DNA of 57,075 bases from Candidatus Actinomarinales bacterium (GTDB lineage Bacteria; Actinomycetota; Acidimicrobiia; Actinomarinales; Actinomarinaceae). The notes under the pieces are model-generated. The model did not search any database. It was not told where the DNA came from and was given only the letters and a program-made list of their open reading frames with translations. Below, in pieces: positions 20,352 through 29,929 of the stretch. Both the position numbers and the translations under genes were made by a program. How positions within the stretch are numbered: position 1 is the first letter of the stretch; each line of letters opens with the position of its first letter. The DNA lies in assembly GCA_004214055.1 (NCBI GenBank), contig SGYT01000002.1:1-57075 (forward strand), written 5' to 3'.

Positions 20352-21914
20352 ATGATAAAAGCAATGTACTGGTTTTTACCAAGCTTTAAAAGCTTCAAAA
20401 ATATAGTTAAAGAATCTAACACTACATCAATTTCAAGAGAGCGTTTTATTGACTTTATAAAAGTTACAGGATTACTTTTGATAACCGTAAATACTCAGTA
20501 TTTATTAGAATTTAACAATTCTTCAGGAGAAGTTTTGATTATAAATGACTCTTTTATTGACTCTACAAAAACAAAATTCACATGGTTTACTACTGGAATT
20601 TCTTTATTCTTTTTTTCAACAGGATTTACAAATAAAATTGCTTGGTATTCAAACGTGGGTCGTGATGGAAGTCAATGGAAATTCCTTACTGATAGGGTTA
20701 ATAGTCTGATGGGACCAGTTTTGGTATGGATTACAACAATTACCATTTTGTTAAATGTCTTTTCTCGATTTTTAAATTTTCCATTATTTTTAACAAGTCA
20801 AGATGATGGAATAGTAACAATTACAGAATTTTTAATGTGGCCATTATGGATAGTATCAATATATTTAGTTGTTGTAATATTTAGTCCTATAACTATATTT
20901 TTACATAAAAAAAATCCCTATGTAACAATGGTTATACTAACTTTATTAACTGTTGGAATAGATACCATTGATTTATCTATTTCATTTTCGTATATTAAAT
21001 TATTTAATTATTTGATATTTTGGTTAACAATTCATCAAGCAGGATATTTTTTTGCTGATGGAAAAATATTTAGTTTTAAAGCTTCAGTATTTTTTCTTAT
21101 ATCATTAGTAAGTTATATTTTTTTATTTTACACATCTATCACTACTTCTGAATTTATGTCTGTATCAGGATACAGATTAATAGGTATGAGCAATGAAGAT
21201 CCACCAACTATTTATTATTTAATTTCATCTGTAGGTCTTTTAGGCTTCTTTTTATTTTTTAGAAAAACCTTTGATGAATTTTTAAAAAATAAAAAAACAT
21301 GGATTGTCTTCAATTTTATTCATGCAAATATTTATACTATTTTTCTTTGGCATGTTTCACTATTCTTTTTTGTTCATGTTTTTGAATTGGATGTATATAT
21401 GTATCCATTATTAATATTGGCATCAGTATTTGTATTTGGAGATTATGAAAGAAAAGTATTTAAACTATCACCTAATTATGTACAAAGAGTTAACCCTCTT
21501 CAGCCGTGGCCTTCACCAATAAAAGCTAAGCTTTCGTATAACAATTTTATTATTGCTTGGATATCTGCAATTTTAATTTTATTAGGATTGTTACAAGTTA
21601 CATTGGGAGGGGTTGGCCTTTCTGGATTTTTTACTCTAAGAGATTTATATTTTCTTACAGGGAATACTTTTGAAGCATTTTTAAAGCTAATTACTGGAAT
21701 AGTCTTACTAAATACAACGATTAGAAGAGCTGATTTAAAAAATAGAATTCTATTATTCTCTGCTTTAGCTCAAATTGTTTCACTTGCAATAAGAAATTAT
21801 CAATATACAACAATTTCAACTTTTGAATTATATTTTTCAATAACTTTATCTGTTATTTTCATTTCAATTGTTCTGCAGAGCCGTAACGATATTAATATAG
21901 ATAAAGTCAAATAA
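20352..21914 (+). CDS. polytopic membrane protein, possibly acyltransferase-3 family
   Basis: About 520 aa with more than 10 hydrophobic segments. The N-terminal RERFIDFIKVTG resembles the R-x3-D-x-(L/I)(R/K)-G motif of membrane acyltransferases. I prefer the ATG at 20352 (TAAAAT -10 at 20339-20344, N7) to the TTG at 20280, which would overlap trmL. Confidence 0.45.
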   Translation: MIKAMYWFLPSFKSFKNIVKESNTTSISRERFIDFIKVTGLLLITVNTQYLLEFNNSSGEVLIINDSFIDSTKTKFTWFTTGISLFFFSTGFTNKIAWYSNVGRDGSQWKFLTDRVNSLMGPVLVWITTITILLNVFSRFLNFPLFLTSQDDGIVTITEFLMWPLWIVSIYLVVVIFSPITIFLHKKNPYVTMVILTLLTVGIDTIDLSISFSYIKLFNYLIFWLTIHQAGYFFADGKIFSFKASVFFLISLVSYIFLFYTSITTSEFMSVSGYRLIGMSNEDPPTIYYLISSVGLLGFFLFFRKTFDEFLKNKKTWIVFNFIHANIYTIFLWHVSLFFFVHVFELDVYMYPLLILASVFVFGDYERKVFKLSPNYVQRVNPLQPWPSPIKAKLSYNNFIIAWISAILILLGLLQVTLGGVGLSGFFTLRDLYFLTGNTFEAFLKLITGIVLLNTTIRRADLKNRILLFSALAQIVSLAIRNYQYTTISTFELYFSITLSVIFISIVLQSRNDINIDKVK

Positions 21915-21916
21915 TT

Positions 21917-22951
21917 GTGAACATTCCTAAAGGTGAAACAAGACAGGAGCTATTAAATAGGGCTTTTATTTATATAATTTCTATAGCCTTTGCTGCAATT
22001 ATATTTTTAAAGGTAAGGTCCTTATTGTTTGATCTTTTTGTAGCTATTGTTTTAGCTGCACTAGCGGAGCCTATCGTCTACAGGCTATCAAAAAAATCAG
22101 GAAGAAAAATTGCAGCTTTTTTCACTGTTGTATCTATTCTGTTAATTATTTTAGGAACGTTGTTATCAATAATTCCTGTTATGGTTGATGAATTATATTT
22201 CTTATCAACACAACTTCCTACATATTTAGACAATATCTTAGAATATTTTAATAATGAAGGTTTCACAATTTCTAATCAATCCTTAGATCTAGAAAGTGAA
22301 TTTACTTCATTTATTAAAGATTACGGTGGGGCAGTAGGCAATACTGTTGTATTCGCCGGACAAGGATTCCTAAGTGCAATGGGTCATTTTTTCATTATTT
22401 TCTTTTTTGCATATTATTTAATTTCCGAAGGAGAACAATGGAGATTAAAATTAAAAGATTCTCTTGATAACAGATATTCAGAAGCAATTGATCAAGTCTG
22501 GACTATAGGTGTTTCTAAAGCTGGTGGCTTTATAGTAGCAAGAGTTATCTTAGCTATATTAGCTAGTATAGTTTTCACAATTGCGTTTCTCGTTATTGGA
22601 TTACCATCACCTGTAGCTTTAGGTATTTCTGCAGGCATCTTGTCCCAACTTATACCTGTTGTTGGAACATTTTTAGGAGGAATTGTACCTGTCTTAGCTT
22701 CTATTTCTTTAGGAACATCATATATTTTATACACTTTAATTGTTTTAGTTTTCTATCAGTTTATTGAGAATTATATTATCAGCCCTAGAATAACTAGATC
22801 AACAATGGAAATACATCCAGCAGTAGCTGTATTCTCAACATTATTTGGTGCTTATACAATAGGAGCAGTCGGAGCAATACTAGCCTTACCAGTCGCTGCA
22901 ACTATTCAAGGTGTGATTGGTACTATTTTAGAAAATAAAAAAAATGGATAA
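21917..22951 (+). CDS. AI-2E family transporter (PerM/UPF0118)
   Basis: 344 aa with about 8 TM segments. It has the characteristic C-terminal region (NYIISPR..IHPAVAVFS..GAILALPVAA). GTG start. Confidence 0.8.
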   Translation: MNIPKGETRQELLNRAFIYIISIAFAAIIFLKVRSLLFDLFVAIVLAALAEPIVYRLSKKSGRKIAAFFTVVSILLIILGTLLSIIPVMVDELYFLSTQLPTYLDNILEYFNNEGFTISNQSLDLESEFTSFIKDYGGAVGNTVVFAGQGFLSAMGHFFIIFFFAYYLISEGEQWRLKLKDSLDNRYSEAIDQVWTIGVSKAGGFIVARVILAILASIVFTIAFLVIGLPSPVALGISAGILSQLIPVVGTFLGGIVPVLASISLGTSYILYTLIVLVFYQFIENYIISPRITRSTMEIHPAVAVFSTLFGAYTIGAVGAILALPVAATIQGVIGTILENKKNG

Positions 22952-23237
22952 TTTATTTAACATACCATCAAATGCAGTAAAAACAGTTGATAAATTATTA
23001 CAAAACTTTAAAGAAGAAACATTTGATGAGGTGGAAGATTCGTTTTCTAACTTGAAGAAAAATTTTAAATCTGGCAACTATCTAGCTATAGCAATGTTCT
23101 TTATTATTGTTGGTTTTGCTTCCATGCTTACACAACATTTTACTGGTAATTACTTCCTTCAAGCTATGACTTATTTTTCTTTAGCATTTCTTTGTATCGT
23201 TACATTTGGTACTATTATTTGGAGAATTTTAAGATGA
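22944..23237 (+). CDS. small membrane protein (2 TM), unknown function
   Basis: 97 aa with an acidic N-terminal half followed by two TM segments. It overlaps the AI-2E gene by 8 nt. Confidence 0.45.
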   Translation: MDNLFNIPSNAVKTVDKLLQNFKEETFDEVEDSFSNLKKNFKSGNYLAIAMFFIIVGFASMLTQHFTGNYFLQAMTYFSLAFLCIVTFGTIIWRILR

Positions 23238-23383
23238 ATGAATTTAAAAAAGAATATAAAAATCTGAAGAAATCAATAAATTCAGAAAATACAAATTTAA
23301 TATCATTTTTAATTCTTGGAATTTTGCTTGGAAGACTTGTTGAAAAATATAAAAATATAAAAAAAAGAATTATAAAAAAATAA
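23234..23383 (+). CDS. small membrane protein (1 TM), unknown function
   Basis: 49 aa from the internal ATG of the 23192..23383 track ORF. ATGA overlap with the upstream stop. Lys-rich ends flank one TM segment. Confidence 0.4.
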   Translation: MNEFKKEYKNLKKSINSENTNLISFLILGILLGRLVEKYKNIKKRIIKK

Positions 23384-23472
23384 TGAATAGATCTTTACAA
23401 AAAATTGTAGCTATTGCAATATCTGCAGGTGTTTTATTATCTACAATCTCTTATTTTTTACTTCTTCTTTAA
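23383..23472 (+). CDS. 29-aa hydrophobic micro-ORF (not in the supplied ORF track)
   Basis: ATG overlaps the preceding TAA (TAATG). Translation is MNRSLQKIVAIAISAGVLLSTISYFLLLL, and the stop TAA is at 23470-23472. It fills the only gap before trmI. Confidence 0.3.
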   Translation: MNRSLQKIVAIAISAGVLLSTISYFLLLL

Positions 23473-23478
23473 TTAATA

Positions 23479-24252
23479 GTGAATTTAGATAATTCCCTAA
23501 TAGTTTTAAAATCCAAAAATAAAAAATACCTTACTGTGATGAAGTCTGGTGAATATTTTATTACTAATAAAGGTAAAATAAATTATAACGACATTCGTTC
23601 AATCCCTTCTTCTATTAAATCAACAACAGGTGAAGAGTTTACTATTTACTCACCAACATATAAGGAATTTGTTTTACTAATGAGAAGAGGCCCTCAAATT
23701 ATTTATCCAAAAGATGTAGGAAGCATCATTGTAGATGGAAATATCAGAAGTGATTCTACTGTATTAGAAATAGGAACTGGTTCAGGTGCTTTGACCTTGT
23801 ATCTTATATTAATTCTTGGTAATAATGGTAAACTATATTCTCTTGATTCTGATAACAAAAACCAATATAGAGCTACTAAAACTATTAATCGATTCATATC
23901 TACTTTTAATGAAGATTATCAATACAACCTTGAATTAATAAACGAGACATTAGATGACTTTAACTTTAGAGAAATAGAAGACGATATTGATACTATTGTG
24001 ACTGATGTTCCTGAGCCATGGGAATTTTTTACTAATAATAGAATTGAAAAGGATTTAACATGGATTTCATATTTACCATCTATATCTCAAGTAGAAAAAC
24101 TAACTCAAACCTTGAAATCAAAAAATTTTAAAAATATAGAAATTAAAGAAAATCTTGAAAGATACTGGATTGTTAAAGAAAATATCTTACGTCCAAAAAA
24201 TGAAATGGTTGGTCATACAGGTTTTATTGTTTCAAGTAGGTATATTTTATAG
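23479..24252 (+). CDS. trmI: tRNA (adenine58-N1)-methyltransferase TrmI (GCD14 family)
   Basis: 257 aa with RRGPQIIYPKD and SAM motif VLEIGTGSGALTLYL. In mycobacteria the ortholog lies at the edge of the Pup-proteasome locus. GTG start. Confidence 0.85.
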   Translation: MNLDNSLIVLKSKNKKYLTVMKSGEYFITNKGKINYNDIRSIPSSIKSTTGEEFTIYSPTYKEFVLLMRRGPQIIYPKDVGSIIVDGNIRSDSTVLEIGTGSGALTLYLILILGNNGKLYSLDSDNKNQYRATKTINRFISTFNEDYQYNLELINETLDDFNFREIEDDIDTIVTDVPEPWEFFTNNRIEKDLTWISYLPSISQVEKLTQTLKSKNFKNIEIKENLERYWIVKENILRPKNEMVGHTGFIVSSRYIL

Positions 24253-24255
24253 TAA

Positions 24256-24504
24256 TCAATCAGGTTCAATCATAATGCACTCACCAGGGCATTCTTCAGC
24301 AGATTCAATTACAGCATCTTCCTGTCCTTTTGGAACAGCTGCGACACCTTCAGCACCTTCAACATTACCATTTTCTTTAGAAAATACCTTATCTCCTTCT
24401 TTTACATAAAAGAGGCCATCATCTAATCCAACAAATACGTCTGGGGCAATTTCTTCACAGAGACCGTCACCAGTACAAAGATCTTGATCTATCCAAACTT
24501 TCAT
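24256..24504 (-). CDS. single-cluster ferredoxin
   Basis: MKVWIDQDLCTGDGLCEEIAPDVF ... AEECPGECI. The Cys pattern matches actinobacterial small 3Fe-4S/4Fe-4S ferredoxins. An alternative ATG lies at 24513. Confidence 0.8.
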   Translation of the reverse strand: MKVWIDQDLCTGDGLCEEIAPDVFVGLDDGLFYVKEGDKVFSKENGNVEGAEGVAAVPKGQEDAVIESAEECPGECIMIEPD

Positions 24505-24613
24505 AACATACATTTTACATCAAATAAGCTATACACAAATAGATGTAAATAAAATTATATTAAAAAATTTGTAGAATATATATATGAGCAATCAATACAT
24601 AAATATATAACTT

Positions 24614-25441
24614 ATGAAAAATGTGTTAAAAAGATGCGTATCTTTACTTACGTTATTTAATGAAAAATCTATTCATTTAAGCACAGATTACATAAAAGAC
24701 AATATAAGTGAATATAGAAATTTATCAGACACTGCATTTAAAAGATCTTTTGAACGAGATAAAGTTCTTTTAAGGGAAATGGGATACAACCTAGATTACA
24801 TTAAGGACAAATGGACTATAAACGAAGGATATAATTTATCTGGAACAGCAATTATTAGTGATATTAAAAAAAATGAAGATGTAAATTTTCAAAAATTTTT
24901 AAATACATATCATATAATTAAAAATTATTTAAATTCAAATAACGAAATCACAGAAAATAAAGATTATATATCTAAATTGAATAAATCAATTATTGATAAA
25001 AAAAGAGTATCTTTTAATTACCAAAATAAATTGAGAAAAGTATATCCGATGGGAATTAAATTCTTTAATGATAATTGGTATCTGGGTGCTGAAGAAAATA
25101 AAAAACTTAAAACATTTAGTTTACGTAAAATTAGTAATTTAAAAATTGGTAATAAATCTGATTTACATGAAAAGGATTATAAAAAAATTCAATTTTCATG
25201 GGAATCTAAAGATTATTTAATATCCATTAAAATACATTTAGAAAAAGAAATATATCTTATCAATAAAAATGTTTTTAATCATTCTGTAATATCCAAAAAC
25301 CAAACAAATAATTTATTAGAATTAGTAATAACTACCTATGATGTTCATGGACTACTAAGATTTTTACTTTTAACTAATCCAAAAAAGTTAACTATAAGCA
25401 AAAAACATAAAATCCTATTGTTAGAGGTTCTAAATGTCTAA
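24614..25441 (+). CDS. pafB: PafB-like HTH/WYL-domain transcriptional regulator
   Basis: 275 aa. The N-terminal wHTH with ..AFKRSFERDKVLLREMGY matches the PafB signature. The WYL core is FNDNWYLGAEE. It is followed by a pafC-like gene, tatA and tatC. Confidence 0.75.
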   Translation: MKNVLKRCVSLLTLFNEKSIHLSTDYIKDNISEYRNLSDTAFKRSFERDKVLLREMGYNLDYIKDKWTINEGYNLSGTAIISDIKKNEDVNFQKFLNTYHIIKNYLNSNNEITENKDYISKLNKSIIDKKRVSFNYQNKLRKVYPMGIKFFNDNWYLGAEENKKLKTFSLRKISNLKIGNKSDLHEKDYKKIQFSWESKDYLISIKIHLEKEIYLINKNVFNHSVISKNQTNNLLELVITTYDVHGLLRFLLLTNPKKLTISKKHKILLLEVLNV

Positions 25442-26288
25442 GAAAATAAATTTAACAACTATAGGAAATTTAATTTCACTAATTAAACTTAACCAAATTT
25501 GGAAAATTGATGAATTATTAGAAAAAGCAAATATTGATTATGAGGAATTACTGTATTTATTAACAATACTTTCAAATATATTTTCAAAAAACGGGGATTA
25601 TTTTTTAGATTTTGATTTAAATTTTGAGAACAATAAAATATCATTTAATAGTTCAACTGATATATTTGAAATCGAAACAATAACTGATTTAGAGTTATTT
25701 AAGATTTATACAGTTATAAATACAATAGATATAGATATAGATTTCGATACTGTTACAAATAAGGATATCAATTTATTTAATAAAATTCTTACTTCAGCTT
25801 TTAAAATATATGACTTAAAAAATGAAACTGAAATAATTGATAAAAATATTAATTTAAATAAAAATACGACAATTGAGTACATTAAATTAGGTAATAGTAA
25901 TTCCGATTATTATGATATTGAGCCGTTATTAATAAAATCTAACTTAGAGGGCTCTGTACTTGAGGCTTATGATCTAAAAGATAAAAAAGTAAAAACTTTT
26001 TTGATTAATCGCATCGTTTCTATTGGCGATAGTGTAAATAAAAAATCAAGAAATAAAAATACACAAAATGAAATTGAAGTAATCTTTGAACTAAAAGATA
26101 AAAGTTTATTGTTAAAATTTAAAGAAATTAAAAAACAACAAAATACTTATGTTGTTAAATTTAGAAATAAAAATATAGCTATTGAATTTTTTATTGAGAA
26201 CTTTACTTCTGCAAGAGTAATTTCACCAAATATAGTTAAAGTTGAAGTTATGAAAAGAGTTAATTCGATCAGAAAGTTGTTAGCATAA
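25434..26288 (+). CDS. pafC: PafC-like WYL-domain protein (divergent)
   Basis: 284 aa, overlapping pafB by 8 nt. The domain order is the same (wHTH-like N-terminus, central WYL-like beta region YYDIEPLLI..LEAYD). The position is conserved. Confidence 0.6.
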   Translation: MSKKINLTTIGNLISLIKLNQIWKIDELLEKANIDYEELLYLLTILSNIFSKNGDYFLDFDLNFENNKISFNSSTDIFEIETITDLELFKIYTVINTIDIDIDFDTVTNKDINLFNKILTSAFKIYDLKNETEIIDKNINLNKNTTIEYIKLGNSNSDYYDIEPLLIKSNLEGSVLEAYDLKDKKVKTFLINRIVSIGDSVNKKSRNKNTQNEIEVIFELKDKSLLLKFKEIKKQQNTYVVKFRNKNIAIEFFIENFTSARVISPNIVKVEVMKRVNSIRKLLA

Positions 26289-26473
26289 TGAGTTTTATAG
26301 AATTAATTATTATTTTCTTAATTACTTTAGGCATTGTAGATAAAAAAAAATTACAAAGTTTATATAGAATTATTAAAAATATCCAAAATGGACCAAAAAG
26401 AGAAATTATTGGTGATGAAAGTTTAGAACAGGAATGGACTTGGGTAGATAGAACTGAAAATGAGGAAGAATGA
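26288..26473 (+). CDS. tatA: Sec-independent translocase TatA/TatB-family protein
   Basis: 61 aa with an N-terminal TM segment (FIELIIIFLITLGIV), then an amphipathic helix and an acidic tail. It lies immediately upstream of tatC. The usual FG..KLP hinge is divergent. Confidence 0.6.
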   Translation: MSFIELIIIFLITLGIVDKKKLQSLYRIIKNIQNGPKREIIGDESLEQEWTWVDRTENEEE

Positions 26474-27162
26474 AAAAACCATTCTTTGACCACTTAAAAG
26501 AATTAAATTTAAGATTATTCCTTTCTATTTCGGTCTTATTATTATTTTCGATAATTGTTTATATAAATTATTCCTTTTTTATTGATTTTTTAATCAACCC
26601 ATTAAAAGAAGCTGGTTATAGTGTAGAAAATATTTTTGCTATAACTATTTATGAAGGATTCCAAGTTAAGATATCGAATGTTATTCTGATCTCGCTGTTA
26701 TTGCTATTTCCATTAATACTTATCAATTTAGGTTTTTTTATAAAACCAGCATTAAATATTAATTCATTTTCATTTTATTTATATTTTCTATTTTTTACTT
26801 TCTTATATTATTTTGGAATATTCTCTGCATTAACTATTAGTCATGTGGGCATTGAATTCTTATTGTCATTTAATGAAAATGAAATTTTACTTAGATCCCA
26901 ATATTATTTTCAATTTATAATAAGGGTTTCTCTTCTCTTCGGCATTTCATTTCAATTTCCTTTAATAATTCTATTTCTCCTAAATAAAAATATTATTAAA
27001 GTTAGGTATTTTACTGACAACAGGGCTGAACTATTTATATTCATACTTATACTATCGGCTGTAATAACACCCACAGGAGATCCTATAACTTTATTTATAT
27101 TTGCTGTACCAATGTATTTGTTAGTTGAGATAATGATTTTATTACATAAAAAAGTAAAATAG
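26470..27162 (+). CDS. tatC: Sec-independent translocase TatC
   Basis: 230 aa with N-terminal FDHLKELNLRL and six TM segments. ATGA overlap with tatA. Confidence 0.85.
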   Translation: MKKPFFDHLKELNLRLFLSISVLLLFSIIVYINYSFFIDFLINPLKEAGYSVENIFAITIYEGFQVKISNVILISLLLLFPLILINLGFFIKPALNINSFSFYLYFLFFTFLYYFGIFSALTISHVGIEFLLSFNENEILLRSQYYFQFIIRVSLLFGISFQFPLIILFLLNKNIIKVRYFTDNRAELFIFILILSAVITPTGDPITLFIFAVPMYLLVEIMILLHKKVK

Positions 27163-29027
27163 TGGAATTTAAATTAGATAAATTTCAAGAAGATGCAATT
27201 AAATCTGTTTATGAAAATTTAAATGTTTTAGTGATTGCCCCAACAGGGTCTGGAAAAACTTACATAGCTGAAAAAGCTGTTCAGAAATATCTATCTGAGC
27301 AATTAAATGTAATATATACAACACCTATAAAGGCTTTATCTAATCAAAAATATAATGATTTTAATGATCTTGGCTACGAGACAGGACTCTTAACAGGGGA
27401 TAGGACAATAAATTCAGAATCTTCATTGGTAGTAGGTACAACTGAAATATTGAGAAACATGATTTTTACAGACGATAAAAGATTAGATGATATAGGAATA
27501 ATTGTACTTGATGAAGTGCATTATTTAGGTGATTCAGAAAGAGGTACTACATGGGAAGAAATAATAATACATGCACCAAAAAATATAAAGTTGTTATGTT
27601 TGTCAGCTACTGTAGAAAATAAAAATGAATTTCTTGAGTGGATAGTTTCATTAAGAGGACCAACTAAACTTGTAGAAAGTTCAACAAGGCCAGTTCCATT
27701 GGATGTGGAATTAGTAGCAACTGAAAGAAATAATGAAAAAATCTACACTATTAAATCAACAAAAAATAATAAAAATAAAAAAACATTTAAGTTTGATAAA
27801 AAATATATAAAACACAAGAAACCCTTATTGGCTAATCAAATTAATTATCTTGACATCAATAACTTAACTCCAACAATATTTTTCTATTTTTCAAGAGATC
27901 GTGTTGAATCAAAAGCTAGACAGGCTACTTCAACTAGGCCTAAACAAAAAGAAAAAATAATATTAAAAAGTTTATTTGACGAAGTATTTCAAAATTTAGA
28001 TAACGAAGAATATAATTTGTTAAATTTGGACGAGCTATATTGGATGTGGTCAAGAAGAATTGCTTATCACCATGCAGGTTTAGCTCCTATCGTAAAAGAA
28101 TTTATTGAATATTTATTCTTGCATAAACATATAGATATACTTTTTGCAACTGAAACTCTTGCTTTAGGATTAAATTTACCAGCTAGATCTATTGTTATTG
28201 ATGCTCCATATAAATATGACGGAGTTAAAACAAGACTAATAACACAATCAGAGTTTTTACAATTAACAGGAAGAGCAGGGAGAAGAGGTATTGATAAAAT
28301 AGGATATGCTTTTATTAATTTTGATAATAATATTGATACCCATTGGTACGATAAATTATTTTCTTTAAAACCTAGTACATTGAATTCTTCATTTTCTATT
28401 TCTTATTCTTCCATACTTAATATGACTAATAAATATAAAGTAAGTGAAGCCATTAAGTTGATAAATAAAAGCTTTTATTCTTTCCAAAATAAATTTGATA
28501 CCGATAATTTAGAAAGTATATTCAGTAGTAAATTACAGATACTTAAAGAATTAAATTATTTTGATTCAGAAAAAAAGCAAAAAACTTTAACAGAAACTTA
28601 TAGAGATACTTTCATTCCTGGTTTAGAAATTATTGAAGAGGGTAAAGAAATAGAATTTTATCTTATGTTCCTCTGTTCTGGCCTTTCCAAATCAAAGCAT
28701 GAATTTTCAATACATGAAAAATATGAAAACATTTATACAAAGTTTCTTATTTCACAAGAAGAAATAAATAAACTAGAAGCTTTTAATAACATAAATACTA
28801 GAACTATTATCGATATTTCATGGTTCAGTGTTTTTAATGAATATTTAATTAGTAATAATTTAGAATACGTTTTAAATAAATTTAATTTAAATATAGGTGA
28901 CTTTATACGAACAGCAAAAGAAGCATCAGAACTTTCATTAAAATTGTATAATATTTTTAATATTGACGAATTTAAGCAAATTAATAAATTATTTAATAAT
29001 AAGTTGATTCAAAAGACAATGTTATGA
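27162..29027 (+). CDS. helY: Ski2-like DEAD/DEAH-box helicase (HelY-like, short form)
   Basis: 621 aa with motif I APTGSGKT, motif II DEVH, motif III SAT and motif VI QLTGRAGRRG. It sits after tatC as mycobacterial helY does. The C-terminal region is much shorter than the ~900-aa HelY. Confidence 0.8.
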   Translation: MEFKLDKFQEDAIKSVYENLNVLVIAPTGSGKTYIAEKAVQKYLSEQLNVIYTTPIKALSNQKYNDFNDLGYETGLLTGDRTINSESSLVVGTTEILRNMIFTDDKRLDDIGIIVLDEVHYLGDSERGTTWEEIIIHAPKNIKLLCLSATVENKNEFLEWIVSLRGPTKLVESSTRPVPLDVELVATERNNEKIYTIKSTKNNKNKKTFKFDKKYIKHKKPLLANQINYLDINNLTPTIFFYFSRDRVESKARQATSTRPKQKEKIILKSLFDEVFQNLDNEEYNLLNLDELYWMWSRRIAYHHAGLAPIVKEFIEYLFLHKHIDILFATETLALGLNLPARSIVIDAPYKYDGVKTRLITQSEFLQLTGRAGRRGIDKIGYAFINFDNNIDTHWYDKLFSLKPSTLNSSFSISYSSILNMTNKYKVSEAIKLINKSFYSFQNKFDTDNLESIFSSKLQILKELNYFDSEKKQKTLTETYRDTFIPGLEIIEEGKEIEFYLMFLCSGLSKSKHEFSIHEKYENIYTKFLISQEEINKLEAFNNINTRTIIDISWFSVFNEYLISNNLEYVLNKFNLNIGDFIRTAKEASELSLKLYNIFNIDEFKQINKLFNNKLIQKTML

Positions 29028-29899
29028 AAACATATATAGTTATCTATAATAAAAATTCAAGAGGTAAAAATTATTCAAAAAAAGATTTAGAAAATATATT
29101 TTCTACGCATGATCTTATATCTAAAATATTTGTTACTAATGAGATTAAAGACGTTGAGATAATAATTGAAAAATATAAAGATCCTAATAAATACATATAT
29201 TGTGCAATTGGCGGGGACGGTACTTTAAATTCATTAATAAATGCTTTATTAATGAATAGTATTGTTAATCCAGAAGTAGCATGTATATCTTCTGGAAGCG
29301 GCTCTGATTTTTTAAGAACTTTCGCTATGCCAAGTGATATTAATCAAGCAATAATAAGAATTAAAAATAATCAAAATTATGTTGTTGATACTGCGTTAAT
29401 TGAATCAAAATCAAATTCAAGATATTTTATAAATGTATTAAATTATGGTTTTTTAGCTGAAACTGTAAATTTAAGTGAAAAATTACCAAATATATTAAAA
29501 AGATTTAGATACCCAATAAGCTTTTGGTTGAAACTTTTGAGTGGTAAACAATCTCTATTTAAGTTAAGTACTAATTCTTACGAGTTTGATTCAAATGCTT
29601 TTAATGTTTCAATATGTAATGGACAATTTTTTGGAGGCGGTTGGAATATTTCACCAAAATCAAGTCTTCAAGATGGTTTACTCAATATACAAATTTTTAA
29701 AGTTACAAAAATTAAAGCTATGAAGCTATTTTTTTTAGCTAAAAAAGGGCTACATTTGACTGATCCGGACGTAATGGTAAAAAAATCAGATAAAATCTTT
29801 TTAAAATCCGAACAACCGATTGAAATAGATGGTGATTTTTTTGATTATGGACCAGCTAAAATTTCTGTTAAAAAACACTCCATACAGTTAAAAATTTAG
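29024..29899 (+). CDS. diacylglycerol/lipid kinase family protein (YegS/DagK-like)
   Basis: 291 aa with catalytic-domain motif AIGGDGTLNSLINAL. ATGA overlap with the helicase gene. Confidence 0.8.
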   Translation: MKTYIVIYNKNSRGKNYSKKDLENIFSTHDLISKIFVTNEIKDVEIIIEKYKDPNKYIYCAIGGDGTLNSLINALLMNSIVNPEVACISSGSGSDFLRTFAMPSDINQAIIRIKNNQNYVVDTALIESKSNSRYFINVLNYGFLAETVNLSEKLPNILKRFRYPISFWLKLLSGKQSLFKLSTNSYEFDSNAFNVSICNGQFFGGGWNISPKSSLQDGLLNIQIFKVTKIKAMKLFFLAKKGLHLTDPDVMVKKSDKIFLKSEQPIEIDGDFFDYGPAKISVKKHSIQLKI

Positions 29900-29929
29900 T
29901 ATTATTTTTAGGACAATCTAAGGGGACTT

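Noticed and set aside
24514-24549. An 8-bp inverted repeat TTTACATC-N20-GATGTAAA between ferredoxin and pafB, considered as a possible PafBC operator.
   Set aside because: The 20-nt spacer is long. My rough estimate of chance occurrence in a 100-nt AT-rich spacer is about 0.25. It does not resemble the RecA-NDp-type motif (TGTCRGTG-N8-TANNNT), which I did not find in any intergenic region I read.
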